From: Raillietiella orientalis
Taxonomy: Eukaryota
Length of the DNA: 64,000 nt
Assembly (NCBI GenBank): GCA_036172245.1
Contig: JAYWIR010000028.1
Span: 868,001 to 932,000, forward strand
Reading direction: 5' to 3'
In this document: one piece after another, positions 52,146 to 64,000 of the stretch
Layout of the letters: each line of letters starts with the position of its first letter
How positions within the stretch are numbered: position 1 is the first letter of the stretch
Position numbers and translations under genes: made by a program
The notes under the pieces: generated by a model
What the model was told of the DNA's origin: nothing
Database searches by the model: none
What the model saw: the letters and a program-made list of their open reading frames with translations, nothing else

Positions 52146-53198
52146 CTATATCCCACGTCTCCTCGTATATGAGGTCACTGCCAAAAAGGCGGAGGGAGAT
52201 TACGAAAAGACGCTTCATATCGCGAGGTCAAAGTACATCGAAAAATTCTGATCTCGAAGACCTGTCATAGAGAAGTGAAAAGAGGAAATCGATGATGCTC
52301 ATCTGATGACAAAATTTGGCATGCCAAAAAATTGAGAAAAATTTCGGAGCTCTCGTTCCTAATTGAGTTCGAAAAGTGGCATGCAACTTTTTGTATTTTG
52401 TAGACACCTTTGTGAAATCCTCGCTCATTGGGAAATGAAAAAGTGAACTCGAGCTCGGGTCGTTCCCATAGTAACTGTAAGTGGCAAGGAAGGCAGTGGA
52501 AGGAAAGCACGGACCATCCAGAAACGCAACAAAAGTTGGGAATTTCTCGGAGTGATGCACACGATTAAGGGACCACACCTTTTTGATTGAAGTGGATATC
52601 CGGGCAGTTCCTGTGAAAGGGCACTCGGGAAAAAACATGTTCAGTTTCCGAGATTCGCCGTGACTCCATGAGTATTCAGATTCTCATCTTTTTCCACAGG
52701 AGGAAACATCTCTGGAAACTCGGAAGGAAAAGGATGCTTCTCTTTCGTTCATGGAAACTTCGAATGGACCCGGCTTGAAGAGCTCAGGCTGGTCTTAACG
52801 AGCCCAAATCATTGCAGCGAGGATTCAGATTGCATTTCTGCCGGACCTATCGGGCCTATCGGACTACGCCTTTCAGTCAAGTACTCGCTGACACATCACC
52901 CTGCAATGTCCCCTTTTAACCTCTCCAACGAATTGTCGTACGAAGGACGGTTGCAAAGAGCAAATAGAAATACCAAACTGGCCAGCGTACGGAAATTACA
53001 TAAAATTTGGAAACCGTCCCGACAATTTCTTCCTTACTTGCTGGAATTCGTATGAGAGCAGAGAGAAATGAATGCCTATGGTCAGTTAATTGGAAAACGA
53101 GCCGAGTCGGTGCAAGCAGCTGCTGTGCTCAGAGGAGGGAGTGTGTAATGAGGAACGCTTTCCTTTGGCAAACGAAATTCTTCCGCAAAGGACACATT

Positions 53199-53201
<3 letters not shown>

Positions 53202-53254
<53 letters not shown>
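53202..53254. repeat. (AG)n microsatellite
   Basis: About 26 perfect AG units. Confidence 0.97.
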
Positions 53255-53257
<3 letters not shown>

Positions 53258-56200
53258 CATTGCATTGGTGTGTTCCTGATACCTTCGCAGCGTACGTATG
53301 CAAAGAGAAGAGAAGTAATTAATCATGTTTCTTTCTCCTTGTCTTTTGGGTTGTCTTTGAGACGTGAGGGCAAGAGGAATGCACCGAAACGCCACATTGC
53401 TGATTCACACGGATATCTTGCGGTCGAGAACGTTCCCGGTTTGCATCCAGAAAAGATGGAATCGGAAAAACGGCGAAAGCCCACGTCTGTTTCGGAATAA
53501 TCGGGAAACACATAAGGTCTCCAGCCCTGTGAAGAGGTCAGCCCAGAGCACTGGCAGATCTTACATCAGGTGACCACCTTTCCCAAAGCAGGCTTTATTC
53601 GATGGTCTCCTTGGATTCATGGGATGGGTCCTTGCGAGCTGATGAGTTGGGAATCGGAGTACGGAGCAGAGCTCAAACTCTGAGCTGGAAACTCGGCCTG
53701 GCTGCAGAGGCAGTCACCATTACGCTCGTGTTTGGTTTGATTAGTGGATCTGCATGCTGCTACCCATAAATCATATCTCTGGATTTTTCGTTAGGAATTC
53801 ACTTTTGACTTTTACTTTTGTTTCGATGATATGGGCATGGAGAGAAAGGGGAAGAAATTCGGGAATTTTGGATCGATTGCCGAAACGGCTTCGCTTTCTA
53901 ACTAAAAATCCATTCATTTATTTTTCTTTCCTTTTTTGCCTTTCTTATGACAGTTATTGTGCCCTTTCTTATGATGGCATAACTGCCAACTCTTAGCTCT
54001 CGGGAGTAAGCGCTCTGAAAAGTCTTTCAGTTCGCGTGCCACTGATGATGACTTTCGGACAGTGAGCTGCTCGTCTGCCTTACGCATTTTTTCCCTAAAC
54101 TCACACAAATACATGTGGTTTTAAATAGAAAGTGAGCCAAATGAATCACGGAGCAGAAGACACATATGTTTGGTCAGGAGGACCGGCGAACCGATCTTGC
54201 ATCATCCGAGGGCCGAAGAATGGAATTCTCAAAACATCAGTTGCTTCTGACGACTCGCGGTGCAAATTGGTCATTCAGGGAACTGAAAAGATTTTTTTTC
54301 CTCTTTTTCCCGTCCTCAAGATATTGGAACAATACTGACAGAAGAAAGGGAACTCAGCTGACAGGATGCCAATCATTCATGACAACAGCAGACGTTCCAC
54401 AAGAGCTGTCTCTGCGAGCTCAGAATGGATTTCATCACAAGGGGATCACTACTTGGCTAAGGGCTGTTTCTCCCCCCCCCCGCCCCCCATTTCCAAAGGT
54501 CTCGCATGCATTCGTTTCGCGATTTTAGCATCCTTAATTACAGGAGCACATGAAAGCTCAGCGCGGAGGTCTTCCCAAGAGCTTATGAGGGAAAGCAGGA
54601 AACTCTGAGGTGCCTTAAGCAACACGGTCACTTTTTGGAAGCGACTTTCAGCGACTCATTTGATTCGCCTTCTGATCAGACCGGGAATTTTCTTTCTTCT
54701 TCTCTTATAAATTTGAGATTCGTCTGCTGCAGTCCTGTCCTAGCAAATCGGCACACATCACGGAATGTCTCCTCTCCGAGCACCGAACACTTATTTGTTA
54801 TTTCAATCCATTCATGTTTTTAGATGTTGTGGAAGGAGAGGGGGAGAGAGAGACGGAGAAATCCTAGCGGTATCATCAGTCCGTCATTATTTTTTTTTTC
54901 CGTTTTTCCGTTTCCTGCTGATGATTTAGGTTGCCATTCAGGGAACTTGGTCATGGGCGGATGGTGCCACCGTGAGGAGACCCTGGCGTCACTTTCTTCC
55001 CAGGGGATGGCAGTGCTAGTTGAGACTCCGGCAGGCAGACGAGGAAAAAACAGAAAAAACGCCTGGCAACGGAAGTAAATTACTGGTCCAGGAGATGCAT
55101 TATGAACACCCCGATGGGAAAGAGTTTGCACACAGAACGAGACACTCAGAAGAAACGTACGATCGATTGATTTGGCCCTCCTGGCGGCTTTCGTCCTGAG
55201 GAATGGATCTGCGCAGTCTGAGTGACACACGATGGGATACCCGGAGGCTGTCTCACTCTCCGATCCACGGGGCTTTCGCATTTGCGAAGCACTCGCGTGC
55301 GATGATGTCCTTCATGTGTGTCCCTAGTGTTGCAACACGGGACTCACGAGGCATTGGTGACTGCCGGTCACCATCGAGGGAAAAAAGTCACTGATGGATG
55401 AAATCCATGAACATTCCGCCGCGCATTTCCTCGTAGAAGTCCTCGTAGAAGGACGGTGTTTGAAATCTAACCCTTAATCCTTTTTCCCACACAGTAAGCT
55501 GGAGGCTAGGGTGTCAGTGTCGAAAAAGGTCCACGGGGAAATTCCTTGTGTATGTATCGATGTGTGTTGCGCTTTTAGCGAAAGCGCAGTACACATACAC
55601 ACGCAAAGAATCTATTTTGGGGTTTGTGCTCTCTGCATCATGAGGACCGAGTCCAAATGACCAGTGTCTTCACTTTCTCGTTCCGGCGTTCATCGGCTTG
55701 AAAAAGTCTTCGATGCAAAAGCACCGCTTTAGAAGGATGCTGCGTTTTCAGTGGAGGCTGTCCTGACTTCTGCTGCTTTCGAAATCACCAGCAATCACGA
55801 GTGAACACTGTGGTGGCCAAACGGACATTCTGCCAACGGCCAGCTCTTGAAATCTCGATCCATAACGGAATAACACCCTCGAGAAGGCATCATCATCCGT
55901 GTAGAGATGAGAAAATTTCAGAGATCGTTTTTTGTGAAGGCAGAAACTGTGCTTTACCGAGCCCAGACAGGAAGGAATTTAGAGAAAGGCATGTTTTCTG
56001 GTCAGTGTGGATCGTGGCAGAGCTGGATGGCCAGAATAAGTTTAATTCGAAGTAACCTGGAGACGAGCATGCCAAAATCATCCTCACGGGCGCTTTTTTT
56101 TCTTTTTCCTATTCCCAAACGAATTGCATGGCACAAGGGAAAATGCGAACTCTTTCCATCAGCATCCGCCATGGTTTCTCGAAACGGTCCGTTATCTGCA

Positions 56201-59200
56201 CGTGCACACAAAGAGCAGCTTCACTTTGTCCCGATACGGAAGCAAGACGCGAGCGATTCCCTTTCCCGATCCTGCGTGTCGGGTTGTGGGAAGTGGGAAG
56301 AGCGCGGTGAGCGTGTCTGGGAGGATCGGGGATCGCGCTTTGGGAGGAACCGGATTAAGGAAACGGACTGGAATGCACGCGCTCTCCGATTCTGTGAACG
56401 AGATGTTTTAAGGAAGCGCAGTTGAGATGCTCCAGCTGGTGAAAGCAGCGCTTTCATCAGTTGCTTGACCTTTTGCTTTATCACGGGTCTCACGGTGAAG
56501 CAAAAGAAGATGCTTAAATACGTGGGATGAGCCCCTTACGATCTTTCGTTGGTAGCTGCAACCGTTGCCTGGCACTCAAGGCTGAATATTCTTGCTTTAT
56601 TAACATGCAAAGAACTTTTTCCCTTCCATGATGAAAATCTTGGAACGTCATCCTCGACCAAAGGAAATCAACAAAACAGCACTCCCATTCAAATTGTAAA
56701 TTTGATGTGACTTTCTGCTTGCGGAGCTTAACAGTCATGCTGTTCGTCCGCATTAAGCCAAAGACTAATGATGTCATTCTGTCACATTTCCCTCTCAAAA
56801 AGATTTTATTTTGTTTTTCTCCAGTGGGCCTCCGCAATAGCAGAGGAACGGCTCCTAAAAATGCTCAACTCGAAAATCTTTGAAACCGGCTTCGGGCTCA
56901 GTCCTGGAAACACCCCAGCGCCGGCCATCCAGTGCCTCCCCTCGTCTTTGGACTCTTGGAAACGAAAGAAGCAGTTCACTTTAACTGTTGTCCAAACCTG
57001 CGAGTCGGAGTTGCGGTCATCTCGACTAAGCTCTCAGGTGTTCCCTTTTTTTTTGGTTTCTAAAGCTTTTCGTGACGGAATGGTCAAGAGGATGCTTTTC
57101 CCACAAAGTGGTCAGCAGAAGTTGGCAGCGTCTACGAACTCGGGGACAGACACTTCGCTTCTAGTCGAAATGGTCAATTTGTCCGAATCGGATTTCGGCG
57201 ACGAAGATGAAACTGAATGCAAGAGAAGTGAAAAGGTGAGCAGAGGTGAGCGAGAAGAAGAGAAGATGAAATGAAAAGGCAAACCATCCGTTCCATTCAA
57301 GGTTCCGACCCAACTTCTTACTTCAAAACTGCTGCTCTTGAAAACAGAGCGAAGGAGATTGAATTGGATTTTGAATGATGACCATTCTATTTTTCCTTCT
57401 TTAGAACCTTATGTGCAACTTTAGAAGGAAGAACTTTCCCGATGGCCAATAAATCTGCCATTCCTCCGGGCACAGCAGACAGAAACCTCCTTGCTGCGAT
57501 CTCTCAAGTTCCTCAAGAGTATAAAAATGGCCCATAAGAATAAATGGGATGCTCTGCAAGGATTCACAAGTAACTGATAGCGGCCATTCCATTTGTTCCG
57601 TGGTCCATTCTCCAGAAACGACAGCTCGGATGTCTGCGTGGTTTCGTCACATGGTGTGCTGCTGTTGACGCGGAGGATGCGCAGGCAGAGCGACCGGCGC
57701 TGCGCTAGGACTCGGAGGAAGGAGATAATGCGCCGCAGATCAGATCCTCATGAAAGATTTCCACCGGAGCGAATTGGATGTGCTCCTTGTCAGCTCAGGA
57801 TGGGCGCCAGAGCGAAATGCAGTGGAGTTTACGGGGGATAAAAAAAAAAAAAAGGAAAAGAAAAAAGAAACATTGAGAAAGCTTCAAGAAGACAGTGAAA
57901 GAGCGAATAAAGGCCGTCATGTTTCAAACAAGGACCGATGATGATGATGCAAGTCTCCAACACTCGTTCCTTTCCTCCCCACCCTTCCTGTTCTTTCTTT
58001 CTTTTTTCTTTTTTTTTTTGGATTTCCGTTTTTTTTTTTTCCGGTAGAGTTCAGCTTTTTGCCCAAGTTCGCCAGAATGCACCTACTGGTCTTCCCTCCC
58101 CCGACACACCCATCCTGAAAAAACACGAAAGTCTTTTTTTTTTGTTGTTGTCTAGTGCGAACTCATAGACCAGCATCGTCTGGAAACAGCACTCAGAACC
58201 ATGTAAACTGCTCCCATAAACTTGGCCTCTGGCGTCCGACTCTGCAGAGTCCTAGCAAAGACCACGAAACTTCAGAGCCCTTCTGTTTCGTTCCGTTTCA
58301 GATTCTGCTCGACTTTACCTCTTTACCTGCCTAACGCTGTTGCGGAATTTTTTTTCTCCTCCCGCGATCTTTTTGTTTCTGGCAGGATGCTACTTCGGTC
58401 AAGGGCCAAAGAGTGCGGCTCCCGAGGAGCTCTGCCCGAAGCCCGGATTCGCCTACAGAAAAGATGGCTGCCCAGCGAAACTCGTGATGCTCCCGGAGGG
58501 GAACCCACCTTCTTTCCGACGTGGCAGTGGCCTGGCCACCATTTGTGCGTTAAACGGTTAAACCTCCTCACGAACTGAAGAGCAGCGCCTACCGTGAGAC
58601 GGAGGAGGCATTTTCTTTCACGTTTGCCTCTACGCGAGGAGCCGCTCATGGCTCTGGTCACGCAGGTCGGAGGAAGGAGACATTCGGATGGGTGTTCGTC
58701 AAACTCCGTCGAGAACTTCCCATTTCTGGTGCCCCTCATCCGTTAGGCGGGATAGAGGGAGAAGAGGAAGTCGCGGTCAGGCTCCAGAGAAACCCGGAGT
58801 CGAGGGAACAGGACCGAGTGAGCAGCAGCCGCAGCTCCGGGAAACCTTCCCCTCATTTTCAGCTCGTGACGCCTCGTATGATGGGAGCAGCAAGCGAATC
58901 GTGCTCGAAGCACCGTTCCCGGAATCGCTGCGGGTCGATCAGATTTGATGGAGGCTCCTTCACTCGTAGCTTTCTCCTTCCACAATCCTGCGGACAGTCC
59001 CTAATGCTCCTTTAGATTTTCTGGGACTCCGACTGCAGTGCAGGGGCCTCTCCACCACGAGCCAGCAGAAACACGGGATGGAAACGTCGGTATAAGCGAG
59101 GTAGGAAGCAGGAAGATACCTTGTAAAGTAGAGGACTGTTCGCATCGAATCCACGCTGACGCTTTCTTCCCTTGAGGCAAAGTGACCCAAGTGCCACTGA

Positions 59201-62200
59201 TGTTGAAGAATGGTAAAGGAGAGGATGAGAAAATACATCAAACTCTTCCGAAGATGCGTTCGGAGATCATTGAGCGTATAGAAGCACCCAAGAAGCAAAG
59301 GAAGGCCATCAAGAACGAAAGCTTCATCCTGCTTGTGCCTCCCTAGATGGCATCGAAAACAAAGGCCCTCAAGGCTTGTTCACGGATCCAGGAACCTTTC
59401 TGAGAAGATTTCCTAGGGTCCAGTTCCAGGATTTTTTCTTCCTCATTTTGCAATCCCGTCTGCAGTGAGTTTCGGCTACTGAGGTTCCAGATTCCCAGAA
59501 TTTCTCTAGCCTTAGGTAAAACCACGAAATTCCATCAAGATCTTTTTGGATATTGACGGATATTCGCTTCCTCCATTACACAGGCGAGTGGTCCGTTGGG
59601 AGGCTTCGAGTGGGGAAAAGGAGAAGAGTTCATGAGATCCGGGGAACACAGAGACTGATTAATCTTTGCGAGCTCCCCCGCGACCCCGCAGGGACATATA
59701 AGAGTCTCAAAGGACGCAAACGAATCTTTCCGAACTCCGAGACCGGAAACCGTCGAAATGGAAGGGAGAAGGAAGGAGAAAGGCCAGCAGCGGCAGAGAA
59801 ACCTGGATCAAGAAGAGTTAGCAAGGAGATAGGTGGAGTGGCGGCAGCGGTCACCCCTTTATGTGGCAGGGTAGGATGGGATCAGGGGCATGCCCGCAGC
59901 ATCCGTGCTACGAGGGAGGCGATCAGGATGCTTTCTACTCGCTAGGGATCGCTTCGGTTCAGTCTCCAGGTTCGTAGAAATCTCCTTCCCCGTCGTCAAC
60001 GCAGAGCCGCTCATGATCTCGCGACACCGGCAACCACGACGCCACGCAGAGGGTCACAACGAGCCATCGAGCTCCTCTGCCTTTGGACCCTTCGGCAGCG
60101 ATAGGTTGACAGTGAATCTTCGGGAAGCTCTGTGCTGAAACCAGCTGATCTGGTTGTCTCCAGTCCCGGCAGAAGCATGAAAAGAGAAAGAGGCGACGAG
60201 TGCAGTGAAGATGAAGATGGCGAATTAAAAACAGGGATGACAAACGAAAGCTGACCGATGCTTTCGAAATCTTCCTGGGACATGAAGAATGGATCGTTGC
60301 CATGTCCAGGTATAGGTAATGAACGCGGAGAGCGGGACTTGGAGGTCCATCGGGAGGGATGGAGCGATTCCTGATCCGATGTAGTCTCCTAGCAACGACG
60401 AGTCCTTCTTGCTCACTGTCTCGAGTTCCTAAGGGCGACGAGCTGAGGGAGCGAAGATCGCTTCCAAGAGGATTCGCTTTCCATCCTCCTCCGGAATTTT
60501 GGAGGAAGCGCGCGAACGTCGAGCCTTCCTGAATACGGGATGATGGAAAATTGCGGAGCTCGCAGGAGGAACCTCCGAGGACGGGACCGGCGTCCTCGCC
60601 ACCCGCCAAGCATCGGGATGGAGGATAATGAGGATGGAGGCGGCTGCATCAGAAGACTTCGTCGGCAAGAGGGGGGAGCCGACTCTGCGCGCTCTCACGG
60701 CTCCTGCAGTTGCACAGTCAGTGCCCTCCGCGGCTCGCCCTGATGGTTTATGGAGGAACGTTCGCGGTGCGTGGCGGACGGGGCTGCCCTCGCACCCCAC
60801 CTACGTATCCTCGGCTTGTGGCAAGGAAACAACAAATACAGCCCCTCCTGCCCTTCCTGTCCTTCTTCTCCGTTCGCACTTTCCGGCGCGACGGCTCTCG
60901 AGGATGCTGCGCTCCCCTCCATTCTTTGATTACCAGCACCATGGAGTTCTTCTGTGGGACGGAAAGGAGGAGTGGAAGGAGGCTCCAGTGTTGGAGGCGA
61001 GAAGCAATCTGCAGCCTTTTTTCGGTAAACGCACAGGACGGATGGTGCCTGAAGCCAGGGGGTCGGGAAGAGCCAGTGGGCCATACGAGGCTAAGCAAGC
61101 TGATGGTCCAGGGGAGACCTCGTTTCTCATTCCTCTGGCTTCCTGGGAAACGAAAGGAGGAAAGGAACCGTCTGTGGGAGTCTCCCTGGTCTCTGAAGGA
61201 CACGGTTGGGGATGACTTTTCTTGCTCCCGGAAAGGGCGTGCGCCGCGAAGGATCGCTTCCTTATGCGGCGGTTCCGTGAGCTGCAAGGAAGGAGAAGCA
61301 GAGAAGCAGGAGGAATACGAGGCTGCTTCTTTGTCGGAGGAGGAGGAAGAAGCGGTCCTGACTCCCGACGCTCTTCGTTTCCGGCACACTGGGAAACGCG
61401 TGCCCTGTCACCAGGCAACTCGAGATCTGCCTTCGCTTGGAGGTTGCCCCGGAGTTCGCAGATGGCAGAAAAGCCCTTCACCCGACGGCCGGCTTCTACC
61501 CCTACCACAGCCAGGCCGCACTTTCGGAGGCTCGACGGGGACCATGGACGGAGAACGCCCCAGAATCTTCTTAGTGAGGAGAAGAGTGGTTTTCTCCTCA
61601 AAGAAGGCACCCGCAAAACAAGCAGAAGAAGGAGGAGGAGGAGGAGGAAAAGGGAGGGGGCTCCTTGCTTGTGCTCTTTGGACTTTTTTCTTCCGTTTCA
61701 CGCGACCATAGCCAAAGATGCAGAGACGCGTTTTCATCCTTCTCCGAAAAACAGCCTCTGGGGATACTCGGAAGGTGCTTTTCCCTGCAGCAGAAGCCAC
61801 AGTTCCTGTCATCCGGGAAGCGATTCCGGTTTCGATCCTCCTTCCCGTGTCCTTCGGCGGGATTCTCAGGACAGGACGTGGAACCGGAAGAGAAGTCTCG
61901 TCCGAACCTGGGGCTGGAATTCTCGGGACATGGACCGCCTGAGTCTTCGAGACGCGCAGGAAGACTCCCTTTTGCTTGTCATTTTTCATCGCGAAAGGAA
62001 GAGGATGTCTTTCGCCTGAGGGCTGGCAGCTCGTCCGCAGAGCGCCGGAGGGGTGAGGGCGGCTGCGAAGAACATCCGCGGCTCTGCAGGAAAGGGAAAG
62101 GAAGGTGGGAGGAGGTGAGGAAGAGGCGGAGGAGAGTGAGGGAGACGAAGAGCGGACGGAATTCTCCAGGGTGGGTCCGAGAGCCGCCGCGGCCGCCGAT

Positions 62201-62222
62201 TCCGCAACCTTTCGGGTGATGC

Positions 62223-62249
62223 GCGGCGGCGGCGGCGGCGGCGGCGGCG
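62223..62249. repeat. (GGC)n repeat in the GC-rich island upstream of Spaetzle-like gene B
   Basis: About 8-9 tandem GGC units. Confidence 0.9.
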
Positions 62250-62645
62250 TTGCATCATCCCGCGCACGCGCGTGAGCCGCGGCGGCCGCGGCGTCATCTC
62301 CGTCGCTTCGGGTGTGTCCCTCGATCTGGCGCGCCCTATCACGCCCACGGGGAGGTTGCGAAACGGCCAGCTGGACCATCTGGCAGCTCCACTTCGGTAC
62401 GCTTGCCCAAGAGTGAAAGGCGCCGGAGACTCCACTGCCGGTCCCCGAAGGAGGCAGGAAGGGGGAGGGGGAGGGGAGGAGGAGAAAGAGCCTTTCCTCG
62501 CGGCGAGCAGCAGCCAGGATAAAAAGTCTCTGTCCACCTCTCAGCTGCCCAGTGGAGTCGCGAAGTCGGCGCGTGCACGCAGTTTTTCGACGGACCCTTC
62601 TTCCTCTTCCTCCCCGTCCTCCCTCCGGAGCTGCTGACGGGAAAC

Positions 62646-64000
62646 ATGGTCCTCCACGCCTGGGTACGTTGCCACCGATCCTCCTTCGCCTCCCGCGCTC
62701 GCGAAGCTCCGTCGTCTCCCGTTCGCTCCTCCTTCCCCTCCTGGCCTCTGGAACGGGAAGGAGGGGGAGGGGGAAGCAGGAAGACTCGCGCTCCTGGGAG
62801 CGCAGTTTGCCTCGGGCTTCCCACCCAGTGAAAGATGCGGGCGCAAGGAGCAGGATGGGGTGAGACAGAAGAAAGTAGGGTGGAGAAGAGGATGAAACCG
62901 GAAGCGTTCCCTTGAGTTCCTCCAGGGGCACTGGTCCTCGTTCTCCTACCCTCTCGTCTCTGTCCCCCGCCGTTCCATCCCGTCCTCGTCTCCCCGAAGG
63001 GCCTCTCGTCCTGGCGGAAGGAGGTGCAACAGGGAGAAACTGGGGACTCAGGAGGGGGAATGTGTCCGAAGAGAAGGTTCAAGGGTCATCTCCCTCCCTG
63101 CCCCTGTTCCTTCCCGGAATCCCTCGCATCTTTTCTAACGTCCCCTCCCCTCCGTCTTCTTTTAGATCCTGGCTCTGTGCGCCACCATCTTGGACGCGGG
63201 AGCTCCCTACGAGCCTAACAAGAGGCACCCTGGGGGCAAATACGACTACTGCAACCCTCTGAAGCCGCCCCTGTGCGCAGGGAAGCACAACATCAGCTTC
63301 TGCCTCGAGGACCCGGAGTACCCGCTGTACGAAGTGCAGGTGACTGAGCTCCTGGTCTGCGGGGTGGGCGGGGTGGGGCTGGGAGAGGGAGTGCTTCTGT
63401 GCGGTACCCCTTGGAGGCCGTGGGCGGGGAGGGACGAGATGGAAGCTCCTCCACGAGCCCTGGCACCTCTTCCTGCCCTGCGGCGTCAGGCCCTTCCTTC
63501 CGGACCGGCTGCACACCGCCTCTGCTCCTCCGTCCTACCCACACCGAGTTTCACCTACTGCACGGTCCCGCGCCCTCGCTGCCCACGCGCGACCGAGCTA
63601 TTTCCCGAGCTAACAGAGGCCCCTCCTACTTCTCTTCCCGGCACGTGATCCCAGACGGCCATCAAAGAGGACCAGTACCTTGACCAGAAGTATTCAGACA
63701 TCCCTGATCAGTCGGCCAACGACCTAGTGGACGGCATCTCCCAGGCCGCCGAGAGGAACTTCGCCTACGAGTTCTACACGGGCGCGTCCACGGGGCCCTC
63801 GCGCTACGACGAGACCCACTGGATTGGGCCCGAGGGCTACATCTGCCCCAGCGAGGTGACCTACGCGACCCCGCGCCGAGCGAGGAACGCGGCCGGGGAG
63901 TGGAGGGTCATCGTGAACGACGTCGAGTACTACGGGCGGACCTACACGCAGACCGTCCGTATGGAAGCCTGTCTCTTCCCGGGGTCAGCCTGCAGGCTCC
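62646..64000 (+). CDS. Spaetzle/neurotrophin-like secreted cystine-knot protein B (runs off the window end)
   Basis: Exons 62646-62663 (MVLHAW, donor gtacgt; inferred), 63166-63339, 63655->64000. Signal peptide MVLHAWILALCATILDAGA; PPLC...SFCLEDPEYP; DQKYSD...DLVDG; GYICPSEVTYATPRRARNAAGEWRVIVNDV...YTQTVRMEACLFPGSACRL. TATA-like GATAAAAA near 62518. Confidence 0.92.

Noticed and set aside
60400..63100. Long ORFs (507 aa minus, 333 aa plus and others)
   Set aside because: Low-complexity translations of a very GC-rich island that overlaps the Spaetzle B promoter and first intron; no domain seen.
1..64000. Prokaryotic-type systems (CRISPR arrays, operons) and tRNA/rRNA genes
   Set aside because: The sequence is intron-containing animal DNA; no repeat-spacer array, cloverleaf or rRNA signature was seen.

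Overview
Eukaryotic (animal, most likely arthropod/crustacean-type) genomic DNA with spliceosomal introns, many only 41-50 nt long. Five protein-coding genes could be rebuilt by hand from splice sites. (1) The 3' part of a Nudel-like modular protease (+, <1-2365). (2) A 9-exon, 575-aa GDA1/CD39 (NTPDase) family gene with divergent ACR motifs and a probable GC-AG intron (-, 7310-20081). (3) Prp19 (-, 29104-32933, 504 aa). (4, 5) Two divergently oriented Spaetzle/neurotrophin-like cystine-knot genes (-, 42762-44395; +, 62646->64000). Between them lie decayed transposon relics (Kolobok-like, LINE-like), microsatellites and long non-coding stretches; most ORFs in the supplied track appear spurious. 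Best leads: a Spaetzle paralogue in which both cysteines of the knot-threading disulfide are serines, a candidate cluster of box H/ACA RNAs in Prp19 intron 1, and a 72-nt hairpin with strand-biased G:U pairs in the NTPDase 3' region. All family assignments come from motif recognition by eye; no database searches were run.
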